Shown: in pieces, positions 1-9,476 of the stretch
Position numbering within the stretch: the stretch's first letter is position 1
How the letters are laid out: each line of letters starts with the position of its first letter
Position numbers and translations under genes: made by a program
Assembly: GCA_964455555.1 (NCBI GenBank)
Contig: CAYVXV010000002.1
Location: 67,677 to 131,676 of the forward strand
DNA: 64,000 nucleotides
Source of the DNA: an uncultured Pseudomonadales bacterium
Lineage (GTDB): Bacteria; Patescibacteriota; Microgenomatia; UBA1400; PJMF01
Direction: 5' to 3'
The notes under the pieces: model-generated
The model's input: only the letters and a program-made list of their open reading frames with translations
Told to the model about the DNA's origin: nothing
Database searches by the model: none

Positions 1-804
1 GCAAAAAGTGATTCGTCTTACAACTTTGCTCTACTCAAAGACCTAGTTGCGATGGTTTTGAATAAAATTGCTAACTCAATCTTTCCACAATTGCCATTAT
101 TAAGCCTAGTTATTGTTTTATCTACATTTTACGTTATCGCTAAAAGAGCTAGGAGCGAAGTTGTATTGTTTCTAACCACTATATTAACAGCTCCTTTTTG
201 GTTGCTGGCAATTCAGCCAAGAGATACCTACTACACCCTGTTTGGCTTAGGGATGGTGATTTACATAGCTTTTGTTATCAGTTTAACTTTCTTAAAGAAG
301 AGCTGGAGAATTATACTTAGCGCTGCTTTTCTAGCAATCTTTGCTGCTTCAAACATTATCCAACTAAATGCTTACAGAAAGGACAATTTGCATTCCTTTG
401 CTATTCAAGCGGATACGATGCTAAGAGACCAATTGGAGTTGCTAGATAAAACATATGAATTAGCCAATGGCCAGCCTTTTACAATTTCTAGTTTTACCAA
501 TCCATACCTTTACAATACGACTTGGTCATTTCTTTACGGTTGGTATGGCAAAAACAACTATGGATACACCCCAAAGTTTGTGGGATCTGATCAGTCAGGT
601 ATCTATGGAGGTGAATTGCTTGAGGCTGCCGGCAACACTGGTGCTATTCACTTTTCTATTATTGAACCAAGCGCCGGAATTGCCGATGTATTTTTGACTG
701 ATTTTATTAGTTCTCAAGAGGAGTTGTCGGGGCAGGCTAAAGACAGCTTCGTGTTTGGCGGCATTACCCTAGTATATAGAGATAATTCGGAACCTGAAGA
801 CTAA
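1..804 (+). CDS. 3' part of a polytopic membrane protein; the reading frame is open from the window start, so the gene begins upstream. Possibly another GT-C-like protein, with TM helices then a soluble C-terminal domain.
   Basis: Frame 1 has no stop between nt 1 and 804. Several hydrophobic helices are followed by a hydrophilic C-terminal domain, as in the neighbouring GT-C proteins. Confidence 0.45.
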   Translation, partial: AKSDSSYNFALLKDLVAMVLNKIANSIFPQLPLLSLVIVLSTFYVIAKRARSEVVLFLTTILTAPFWLLAIQPRDTYYTLFGLGMVIYIAFVISLTFLKKSWRIILSAAFLAIFAASNIIQLNAYRKDNLHSFAIQADTMLRDQLELLDKTYELANGQPFTISSFTNPYLYNTTWSFLYGWYGKNNYGYTPKFVGSDQSGIYGGELLEAAGNTGAIHFSIIEPSAGIADVFLTDFISSQEELSGQAKDSFVFGGITLVYRDNSEPED

Positions 805-2510
805 TCTTTGCAGACTCTGTTTTCCATATAAAGCGCTGCATCATATGCATAAACATATGTATGGACATCGTTCGTTGCCTTGCCCTGATAAAGAATTTTT
901 GCTCCATCTATTGATTCATTTGTCACATAGACAGAGGGTAAGCCTGCTATTATACCCTTGCAGCCTTGGTTTTCTATTGAGGTTTTATAGGCAGTGATTT
1001 GATCGAGTTCGACGGTATGTCTAAAATTTGCACCATCGGCAGAATCCAAGACAGCCAATTCTTGATATAATTCAGGATCCATATCGGTGTAAAAAGCATA
1101 AAACATCAGCGGGTCGGAATAAAATGGTTTAAGATTTACAAGCGTCTCCTCAGGTAGCGTCTGAAGATACTGATGAAGCTCGGGCAAGTAGGATTGATAC
1201 CGGTACTCGTTTTGAACAACATGAACACCAAAATACTCTGTGAAATAGATGAAAGAGTAACCGATGACAAACAAACTGATTGCTCCATAAAAGAGGTTTT
1301 TGTGGAGTGACTTATCAAGATATGTGCTCACAACTCTAATACCATAAATTATCGTTAGAAGTACAAAAGGAAAGAAGGCGGAAATTCGCACCTTTTGAGG
1401 TTCGCCAACAAGTGCAGCTGGTATTGGAGCGAGAAGAAGGCCGGCGATGATAACGGATTTTGCCGTCAGTGAAAGATTTTTATCTTTACGAAGTATTAGC
1501 GCTGCTAGTCCTAAAATAAAGAAGGGATATAGGACAGGGAAGAATTGCCCAAATCCGTTCACAGTCAAAAAGTCGTTGTCTGTCTCACCAATGCTGACTA
1601 AAAAATCCGGTGAAAAGCTCATCAAATACCTCTTGGATAGCTCTCTAAATATATGAACCGGCTTGTTAGCTGCGAGATAACACACTGAAGCAGGAAACTG
1701 CATGCTGCAGAAGGCTCTCTTTTCATCAATAACCAGAGAAACAGCAGGATCTGATGTAATGCCAACCTGGTCAAACCGAGTATTATTTACACCTACAATA
1801 TTTGGACTAAACAGAGGAAGTACTGTTATGGCAAAGGCTGCAAAAAATATAAGATTGGTTTTTTTTAATTTTGCCCTAAGATACAAGGTTGCTGCGACAG
1901 CTAAAATAATTACGATAGTAATCGGACGATAGGCTATGTAGCTGTACCAGGTTAAGCCAAAGGATATTCCAGCAAGAATCCTCCAGATAGGGCGATCACT
2001 CTTTAACATTTTGAAAATAAGTGCTAATCCCAAGGTAAAGAAAAGAAGTGCGAGATTGGATTCAAACCCAAAGCGGCTTAGAAAAAAAGGCCAGGGGCTT
2101 ACAGCTGTAATAAAAGCGCCTAAAAGTGCTAGTTTGCGGCCGAATTCAAGTTCTAGAAACAACCAATAAACAGCAATTATAAGCAGTGTTCCGGCTATTA
2201 AGGAAGGGATACGGATAGCTAGCAAAGAAAGCCCAAAAACTGCTACAGAAGGCATATCCAGGTAGGCCATAGCGGGCAGCTTCTCATCACCAAAACCTTC
2301 AAAAACTAGTGGCCACTTGTTGCCATGTTCATCAGCCCCTGTTTCAAGCAAAGACTTTGCCAGATAACCAAAGTGCAGCTCATCTATTAAAGCCCCCTTT
2401 GGTGCTGAATCTATTTTCCAAGCCCTAAGCAAAAAACCGAGCAAAACTATTAATAATATTGCTAAAACTGGTATATATCTTTTAAGTCGGGAGAAAATAT
2501 TTGAAAGCAT
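801..2510 (-). CDS. GT-C fold membrane glycosyltransferase, GT39/GT83 (PMT/ArnT)-like
   Basis: The N-terminus has TM1 followed by ...SAPKGALIDELHFGY..., the acidic DE motif typical of GT-C first extracytoplasmic loops. About 11 further TM helices and a C-terminal soluble domain. Confidence 0.7.
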   Translation of the reverse strand: MLSNIFSRLKRYIPVLAILLIVLLGFLLRAWKIDSAPKGALIDELHFGYLAKSLLETGADEHGNKWPLVFEGFGDEKLPAMAYLDMPSVAVFGLSLLAIRIPSLIAGTLLIIAVYWLFLELEFGRKLALLGAFITAVSPWPFFLSRFGFESNLALLFFTLGLALIFKMLKSDRPIWRILAGISFGLTWYSYIAYRPITIVIILAVAATLYLRAKLKKTNLIFFAAFAITVLPLFSPNIVGVNNTRFDQVGITSDPAVSLVIDEKRAFCSMQFPASVCYLAANKPVHIFRELSKRYLMSFSPDFLVSIGETDNDFLTVNGFGQFFPVLYPFFILGLAALILRKDKNLSLTAKSVIIAGLLLAPIPAALVGEPQKVRISAFFPFVLLTIIYGIRVVSTYLDKSLHKNLFYGAISLFVIGYSFIYFTEYFGVHVVQNEYRYQSYLPELHQYLQTLPEETLVNLKPFYSDPLMFYAFYTDMDPELYQELAVLDSADGANFRHTVELDQITAYKTSIENQGCKGIIAGLPSVYVTNESIDGAKILYQGKATNDVHTYVYAYDAALYMENRVCKD

Positions 2511-2524
2511 TTTTAAATTATAAC

Positions 2525-4348
2525 TTACTTTGTAAAGAAGGTTTGGCAGAATTGGACATCTGAGAGTTTTTCCACAGACAATCTATTTTCTTTTAAATTA
2601 GAATATTCAGGTAGATCAAGTCCAGAGCAGAATCGGTCATTAAATATCCTGAAACGAGTTCCGCTATCCACCAGTGATTTTATTTCTACAACAGAACCAT
2701 TAAATTCCGGAGTGTCACAGGGCAGATTGAAAAAATCGATAGCTACGATTGTGTCATCCCTGATATCTCCCCATTCCTTTGGGCATGATTCGATAATTCT
2801 GATTCTGCCATTATCTATCAGCCTATCTCTGGATTTAGCAGCCTGATTCATAGCTTCTTGGCTGTCAACTTTTACTAGCTGATTATATGTTTGAATATAA
2901 TCAAAGGTAGAATCTGTTCTATCTGTAACTAGTATAAACGGCCGGTCACTCTCGCGAAGCACGTAGTTGGCCAGCACTCGTTCTGAAAATCCGGGATGGA
3001 CTGTTTGAGTAATAGGATATCTATAAAAATAGATATAGAATAAGGGTGCAGTCAGGATAGTATAAACTGCCAATACTAATAGCCCATACTTCATGCCTAA
3101 TTTCTTGAGTACGTAGCCCAGTGCCACTCCTATCATTAACACAAGGCCAAGAAAAGAAAAAGCTCCTCTAAAGGTAATCCATACTTCCCCATTTCTAATC
3201 ACGTTTGTTACTGTGCCAGCGAGGGTTATACCGATAATGAAAAGAGCGCCTACCCTATATTTGGCACTTTGGGTGGCAACGAAAGCAAAGAATGAAAAAA
3301 TCACAAAAATATCAACCCAGTGAAAAAATCCATGATCGACAACAGAGAAGGTATCTATTCTAGCATTTCCGCTGAGGAACAACCTCTCAGGATTAAACGA
3401 CTTAAGCAGCCTCTCTACAATTATTTCTGAATATGCAGTAACTTTATTGCTGAAAACCTGATTTAAAGGCGAGTCGAAAGACAATCTTCTTTTTTCATCC
3501 ACTGTTCTCTCTATAACATCCTGACCGACAATTGTAATCTCATTTGACCGTACGACGGCCGTGATAGAGTTTAACCGATACATGTAGGCTGCTGACAACA
3601 ATGCAGCTAAAAGCACAATAATAAGAGATGGAACATTTGCTTTTAAAGAGGTTAGGAATTTTTGAACGACTGATTGGGTATTTATAATTCTAACATCATT
3701 AAAATAATGATTAAGAAAAATTGCTAAGAAAACAACAGTTGCGAGTGGTAAGAGTATCGGCTTGTGGCCTTGATACTGCATGAACCCCCAAAAGAAAGGT
3801 AAAAAAGCCAAGAGTTTCTTATAACCTTTTAAATGAAGCATTAATGTAATGCCAAGCAGATAGAAAAACACACTGAAAAGAGAATCAAAAGCAGTCCTGG
3901 AAAACTGAAAGATCCAAGGATTTAGTGTGGCGGCCAGGCCAACAGTTAATAAATACTCTTTTTTCTTGAAAAAATAAAAGGCGATTAGTGCCATTAAAAC
4001 CGGCACCAAACTACCAAGTATGACTGGAACAATCTTGTGAGCCAACACTGGTTGGTTGGGAAATAACAATAATCCGGGCACCAATGTGGTACTGGTTAAT
4101 TCGGTGTACATTCCGTCTGAAGGTGCGAAATACCAAGGGCGCCAATTGCCCGCAAGATTAGTTCCGTACTCTAGAATATGCTGAGCCTCGGCTGCATAGA
4201 TAATTTCATCATAGGTAGCTCCCGCTGGTATGGAATCGATTTTGTACCACTTTAAGGTCAAGTTGACCAAGAAAATGATTAGTACCAGAGTTAGTAACTT
4301 GTGTTCTCGCAGCCATTTGTTCATAACACTATCTAATAACTTAACCAA
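2525..4348 (-). CDS. GT-C fold membrane glycosyltransferase, GT39/GT83-like
   Basis: TM1 then ...PAGATYDEIIYA... (DE motif). Polytopic, about 600 aa, with a C-terminal soluble domain. The alternative Met at 4324 would remove the 16-nt overlap with the upstream gene. Confidence 0.65.
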   Translation of the reverse strand: MVKLLDSVMNKWLREHKLLTLVLIIFLVNLTLKWYKIDSIPAGATYDEIIYAAEAQHILEYGTNLAGNWRPWYFAPSDGMYTELTSTTLVPGLLLFPNQPVLAHKIVPVILGSLVPVLMALIAFYFFKKKEYLLTVGLAATLNPWIFQFSRTAFDSLFSVFFYLLGITLMLHLKGYKKLLAFLPFFWGFMQYQGHKPILLPLATVVFLAIFLNHYFNDVRIINTQSVVQKFLTSLKANVPSLIIVLLAALLSAAYMYRLNSITAVVRSNEITIVGQDVIERTVDEKRRLSFDSPLNQVFSNKVTAYSEIIVERLLKSFNPERLFLSGNARIDTFSVVDHGFFHWVDIFVIFSFFAFVATQSAKYRVGALFIIGITLAGTVTNVIRNGEVWITFRGAFSFLGLVLMIGVALGYVLKKLGMKYGLLVLAVYTILTAPLFYIYFYRYPITQTVHPGFSERVLANYVLRESDRPFILVTDRTDSTFDYIQTYNQLVKVDSQEAMNQAAKSRDRLIDNGRIRIIESCPKEWGDIRDDTIVAIDFFNLPCDTPEFNGSVVEIKSLVDSGTRFRIFNDRFCSGLDLPEYSNLKENRLSVEKLSDVQFCQTFFTK

Positions 4349-5772
4349 TATACTTTCCAGGGAGAACTTGGAATCTCATATAACTCTCTAAGTTTTGCCT
4401 CCTTAAATGCCTGCATAGAAAATGATTGATCATCTCTTACAGTATCATAATCACTGGTTGAGACAACAAATAAATGCTCGGAGACATCATATTCACTCGG
4501 TGCCCTCAAACCTGCCCCATTCATCCTTACAACGTCACGGTAGGTTTCTGCCAGCGGACCACGGTCTGGGCTAGAGAGCGCGGCTACATTGGCATTATTT
4601 AGTTGATTTGTCTTAATAGTCTGCTCAATGTAATCGGCCGCCTTGGTAAATGAATAAAGGTCGGGATGAATTTTAGTGACGGTGAGCTGCCCCCAAATAC
4701 TCAACAAAGACCCCAGCACTAGTAGGGCAAGCACTGTGCTTGCTATCAGCTGAGCAATTTTCTCTTTTCTTGAAAAGACCAACCAGACCAATAAAAAGCC
4801 TAATGCAGGATAAACATATCGGTCTTCAAAGTCAGTAAAAAAAATTCCACCAGTTAATAAGGTTATTACAGGTGTTAGCCAAACAAGGTGCTTATAAGAT
4901 CTGTGTTTGATATCTAAGGCTGCAAGTAGGATAACTGCTGCTCCAACGAGATATTGCAGCGGTTTCTGGATAACAATCGTTTGAATGAATACAACAGCGT
5001 TTCTGTAAAGGTTGGGAAATATGTCTGCCAGCGATAGGTCCGATTCAACATGAGGCGTATTTCCTCCTAGTAAATATCTGGTTATAAATAATCCGGGGGG
5101 ATGACGCAGATCAAAAAGAAGAAAAGGCAAAAATGGCAGAGAATACCCCAGGAGTAATAAAAGCGCTTGTGTGAGGTTTTTAGATTTATATTCCAAAAAG
5201 GCAATAATCAACACAAAAGGCGTGGTCGCTAAGAATGCTAAATAATGATGATGAAAAAGCAGACCTAGAAAAATACCAGTTAAAAGTAACCCCCATCCCT
5301 TAAGTTGACTTCGATAAAAAAATGATAATAATCCAAGCGAGGCCCAAAGCATAACAAAATGAGGGTTCCACGCCCATCTACTCATTTCAACCAACGGATA
5401 CCATAAGATGATTAGTACTGCCGCCAAAAATGTTTGTTTGGGGTTAATTTTATTTGCTAAAATCAATAGTAAGAAAGCTGTAATTATTCCCCAAAAGGCA
5501 GTGCCATAAACAGGGCCCATGGGGGTAAAATTCACGGCTGCTGCAAAGGGCATCACCATGTAATAGGTAAGAGAACTGAAGACCTTATCTCCTTCGCTGG
5601 AAATAGGCCCGACTAAAGAAATCTTGCGTTCTGAGAAATACTGCTCCATTCTTGCTAGGTCGCTTGATTCGTCTCTGGTAAAGCGTGCAGTGTGGTCCAG
5701 GTTGTAAAGTCTAGTAATCAACACTAAAACTACAAACAACGTGAGACAGAAGATATTTGTTTTAGACAACAT
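4333..5772 (-). CDS. GT-C fold membrane glycosyltransferase, ArnT/PMT-like
   Basis: TM1 then ...LDHTARFTRDESSD... (acidic motif); polytopic membrane protein. Confidence 0.6.
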   Translation of the reverse strand: MLSKTNIFCLTLFVVLVLITRLYNLDHTARFTRDESSDLARMEQYFSERKISLVGPISSEGDKVFSSLTYYMVMPFAAAVNFTPMGPVYGTAFWGIITAFLLLILANKINPKQTFLAAVLIILWYPLVEMSRWAWNPHFVMLWASLGLLSFFYRSQLKGWGLLLTGIFLGLLFHHHYLAFLATTPFVLIIAFLEYKSKNLTQALLLLLGYSLPFLPFLLFDLRHPPGLFITRYLLGGNTPHVESDLSLADIFPNLYRNAVVFIQTIVIQKPLQYLVGAAVILLAALDIKHRSYKHLVWLTPVITLLTGGIFFTDFEDRYVYPALGFLLVWLVFSRKEKIAQLIASTVLALLVLGSLLSIWGQLTVTKIHPDLYSFTKAADYIEQTIKTNQLNNANVAALSSPDRGPLAETYRDVVRMNGAGLRAPSEYDVSEHLFVVSTSDYDTVRDDQSFSMQAFKEAKLRELYEIPSSPWKVYWLSY

Positions 5773-5823
5773 AGCAAAATTATTTTACAGCATTTTCTAG
5801 TTGGCCGGATAGGCTTTATTTAT

Positions 5824-7482
5824 CTAGTTCTTGAGCAACACAAATCCTGGTGTTTCTCCATCATCAAAATATGTTTGCTCAACTACCGTAAGATTTTTTG
5901 GCCTTTCCTCACGGCAATCTGCCGGAGCGACATATAGGGTTGATTCAGTATAGTTCGGCAAGAGACACCGCTCTTGATTAAAGTTGAACTTGCCAATAGA
6001 GTATTCTGCTTGATATCTGGCCAGTGGCTTATTTTGAACCTCTTGGATGCTTATAAGACCTACTTGCCACAGGTATATATACATTTCCCTTAAATCACTG
6101 GTAACCACAGCGCGCTCGTAATCCGCTTGATACTCTGCTATAACGGGAGCCACAATCTCATAGTTTCTGCTTCTGGTTGTAGAATTCAGCTTTGGCATAA
6201 CTACAAAAAACTGCTGAGAAAAGTAACCTATACTCCAGGTGTATCCAAATATTAGGGCTGCAACCGCTCCAAAGAGCAAATACTTATTAGATTTTTTTAT
6301 CAGTTCTAATAACCTCTGTAGTCCCAAAGTAACAAAAATTATCATTGGAATAATCAAAGTGAATGACCTAATGCTACTCGGAATCTCCTCATTAGTCATA
6401 GCAGCAGGAATCGGCGATAATAAAATCAAAAACCCACAGAGAATAGCTAGACCTCTATAGCTTCTTTTGAAAACTAGTTGATAAATACCAAGTGGAATAA
6501 CTGCTAATTCAATAAGATAGAACAAACCATGATAAGGTACAGCGAATCTTTTTGTAGCTCCTCCTAGTGTAAAGAAGAAATTCAGGTCAAAATGAGCCAA
6601 ATAGTTTCTAGCAAAATATTGCAGGTACATTACCGGCTTGTTATAAAAACTTCGCAGTAACAGCAACGGTGTTTCACCCGTACTTTTTGTGGTCATCTCG
6701 TGAATCAGGGCTTTGGGTAAGTCATCACTTATCAGGCCAATAGCTGAAAATCTAACCATAGCCCCACCAGCTGTTAACGCAAATAAAAGCGTTGTTGTCC
6801 CGAAAATAACGAGATGACGCCTTATCTGCTGCGATTCTTTATACCTGGAAATAGCAAGACAAAAGTTGAAAAAATAAAAACCCATCAAAACTATTTTTGC
6901 CGCGTGATAGCTATACATAGCAAGTCCGGCAGTCAGTGAAAAGAGCAAAAGATTCTTAATAGTGATCTTTTTTGACTCTATAAGATGTTTAAAGGCGATT
7001 AAATTTCCAAGAATAAAAAATAAGCTTAGTATCACCTCTTGAGTCGCTCTCGAATTCATGATGTGCCAAGGCGAAATGGCAAATAGCAGCATGCCCAGCA
7101 AGGCCAACCAACGCTTCCCTGTGTACTTATGAAGGAACAAATAAAAGAGTGCTATTGAACCTGTTCCAATTAAAACAGAGGGAAGCCTTGAAGTTGCTGT
7201 GCTCATGCCGAACAAAGCGAAAGAAACAGCTTGCAAATATGAGTAAAGAGCAGGTTTTCCATCTATTAACGAATGCAGATAAAGAGGAAATCGTCTGCCG
7301 TCTTCATCCATGCCTGTTTCAAGAATTGCAGCACTATTGATATAAAATGAGGCCTCATCAGATTGCAGGCCTCGGGGAATCGTTTCCAGGTTAACGACCC
7401 TTATTAGAAAGGCAAAAACAAGGATTGAGCCAAATGCTAGTTTAAATAATAAATTATCGCTATCTTTCAATAATCTTTTCAT
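5824..7482 (-). CDS. GT-C fold membrane glycosyltransferase, GT39/GT83 (ArnT/PMT)-like
   Basis: ...ETIPRGLQSDEASFY... immediately after TM1, then ...GMDEDGRRFP...; about 12 TM helices. Confidence 0.7.
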   Translation of the reverse strand: MKRLLKDSDNLLFKLAFGSILVFAFLIRVVNLETIPRGLQSDEASFYINSAAILETGMDEDGRRFPLYLHSLIDGKPALYSYLQAVSFALFGMSTATSRLPSVLIGTGSIALFYLFLHKYTGKRWLALLGMLLFAISPWHIMNSRATQEVILSLFFILGNLIAFKHLIESKKITIKNLLLFSLTAGLAMYSYHAAKIVLMGFYFFNFCLAISRYKESQQIRRHLVIFGTTTLLFALTAGGAMVRFSAIGLISDDLPKALIHEMTTKSTGETPLLLLRSFYNKPVMYLQYFARNYLAHFDLNFFFTLGGATKRFAVPYHGLFYLIELAVIPLGIYQLVFKRSYRGLAILCGFLILLSPIPAAMTNEEIPSSIRSFTLIIPMIIFVTLGLQRLLELIKKSNKYLLFGAVAALIFGYTWSIGYFSQQFFVVMPKLNSTTRSRNYEIVAPVIAEYQADYERAVVTSDLREMYIYLWQVGLISIQEVQNKPLARYQAEYSIGKFNFNQERCLLPNYTESTLYVAPADCREERPKNLTVVEQTYFDDGETPGFVLLKN

Positions 7483-7484
7483 TA

Positions 7485-9416
7485 TTATTCCTTAAATCTG
7501 TATAAGTTAATTCTATCAGCACGTTCGATAAATTTAATCTGTGGAGCGTCCAATTCTTTTTCGCAGATTATGTAGTCAATATTTTTATCTCCTCTAAAGC
7601 CCCGGGCATCTCCAAGTTTTTTTATTTCCTCTTCCAACCTCCTGTTTCTGTCTTTTATGTCCAAGCCTAAGATTTCAATTTGAACATCATTTGCTAGAAC
7701 TACTTTGGCACCTGTAATTCCCACAACAAGGGAGGTTCTAAAATATCTATTGTCGGCTGGACATATAGCAACCTTGTCTTCTGGCTTAATGATGCCAAGC
7801 ATAGCCAACTCGTTTGCCGATATATACTCTGATTTATCTATTTTTTCATAAGTTGTTTTGATATAGGCAGGCAGGGTAGCAATTAACAAAAGTCCTATTA
7901 TCAGAATTATCCAGGTTCGATCCCAAATGTTTTTATCTTTAAATATTTTATGAATCCCAGTCATAACAGCTGCGGCGAAGATATTTGCAAAAAATAAGGC
8001 ATAATACCAAAATTGAATCGTATTCCACGGAATCCCTTTTTGAATAAACAATAAAGGAAACAGAGAAGAACCAATAAAACCAATAATTACGAAATAATAA
8101 ACAATATTGAACTTGAGACGTTTTAAAATTAGAAATACCGGCAGCAAAAACATTATTGCCCTAGTACCTAAATTTCCAGAATAGAATATTAATAGCTCTT
8201 TGGCTCGAATATAGAGCAGTTGACCCAAATAACCCTTGTCTCGATAATGATCCTTCAGAAATTTCCAGCGGATGTTGTTTACCCGATCCGGAGATTCAAT
8301 CATCGTGTCAAGGTACCAAAGAGGCTTATAACTCAGCATGCCGGTCTTAAAGCCAGTTATTAACCATATGAATGGTGCTGAAATCAACAATAACACAGCA
8401 CCATAAATAAAAACTCTCAGGTTCTTTTTTAAGACTAGCTCTGCCAATAAGTATGCACCATAAAGTAGTCCCAAAACAACAAAGCTATAACTCTTAAAAC
8501 CCAGGCTTGAGCTAAGAATAAGAATGATTAACAAATGAACATAAAGAGCTTTTTGCTGGTTTTTTAAGCCGAAGGCCTTATGCAGCAAAATAAGAATTAG
8601 AGCTACCAAAGACAATGAATAGATCATTTGGGGATTTACCATCATGGCAAAAGTCTGGCTGACCCAAAAACTAGATTCTCCCCAAGTATTTCCTCGAATA
8701 AAAAAAGGAATTAAATAAGCAAAGCTACCGCCAAAAAAGGTAAAGAAAATCAGGTAAGCACCCATAACTTTCGATTTAAAAGCCTGTCCGAGTGCTGTTA
8801 GGCTTCCAGCCAAAAGAGCGGTTAATATCAAAGGAAAAAACTGAAAATAAAGCCTGAATATATCTAGTTTAAATGTACTGTGAAGTGAGGCAATCAACAG
8901 GTCGTAGAAATAGTGGTAATTAGTGACGGTCAAAGAATAGTCGGAAGGGTGCTCAGGAGGGATAGATACGGTGAGTTTTTTTATCAGCGCTATGTGCCAA
9001 ATACTATCATGCAGCTGTCCAGCCTGGACAGTAATGCCTCCCCCAACAGGTAGCCAAGAGAAAGCAATAGAAAAGTACAAACTCAGAGTGGCAAATATAG
9101 CAAAAATAGTAAAATATTTATTCCTGGAGGCCTGGAAAATTAGTGACTTGAGTAACAGAATACTATTTTTAAACTCAATTAACCCTAGAGATACCATCAA
9201 TGCTGAAAAGTAATAGATGCTAGTTCCAATAAGGTGTCCGCCAAAAAATAAAACTGCCGCAGTAACTGCAAAACCGGTTATTACACTCAAGGTTAGTTTC
9301 TCTAAATTGCTTAGTTTAAGGGGCAGATTCTTAATAAACAAAAGACCGCTTGGAACAAAATGAAGATAAAGTACAATTGGTGTGATTAATAATAGTAGCA
9401 GTTGCATTGCAGCCAT
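7485..9416 (-). CDS. Large polytopic membrane protein with about 14 or more TM helices and a roughly 100-aa C-terminal soluble domain; candidate GT-C-like enzyme, function unknown
   Basis: 643-aa ORF, hydrophobic throughout, no recognisable catalytic motif. First gene of the minus-strand operon that ends at 801. Confidence 0.5.
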   Translation of the reverse strand: MAAMQLLLLLITPIVLYLHFVPSGLLFIKNLPLKLSNLEKLTLSVITGFAVTAAVLFFGGHLIGTSIYYFSALMVSLGLIEFKNSILLLKSLIFQASRNKYFTIFAIFATLSLYFSIAFSWLPVGGGITVQAGQLHDSIWHIALIKKLTVSIPPEHPSDYSLTVTNYHYFYDLLIASLHSTFKLDIFRLYFQFFPLILTALLAGSLTALGQAFKSKVMGAYLIFFTFFGGSFAYLIPFFIRGNTWGESSFWVSQTFAMMVNPQMIYSLSLVALILILLHKAFGLKNQQKALYVHLLIILILSSSLGFKSYSFVVLGLLYGAYLLAELVLKKNLRVFIYGAVLLLISAPFIWLITGFKTGMLSYKPLWYLDTMIESPDRVNNIRWKFLKDHYRDKGYLGQLLYIRAKELLIFYSGNLGTRAIMFLLPVFLILKRLKFNIVYYFVIIGFIGSSLFPLLFIQKGIPWNTIQFWYYALFFANIFAAAVMTGIHKIFKDKNIWDRTWIILIIGLLLIATLPAYIKTTYEKIDKSEYISANELAMLGIIKPEDKVAICPADNRYFRTSLVVGITGAKVVLANDVQIEILGLDIKDRNRRLEEEIKKLGDARGFRGDKNIDYIICEKELDAPQIKFIERADRINLYRFKE

Positions 9417-9476
9417 GGATTGTTTTGCAGTATAAATTAAGTATATTATAGATGCACCGCAGTTTGGCTGTACACC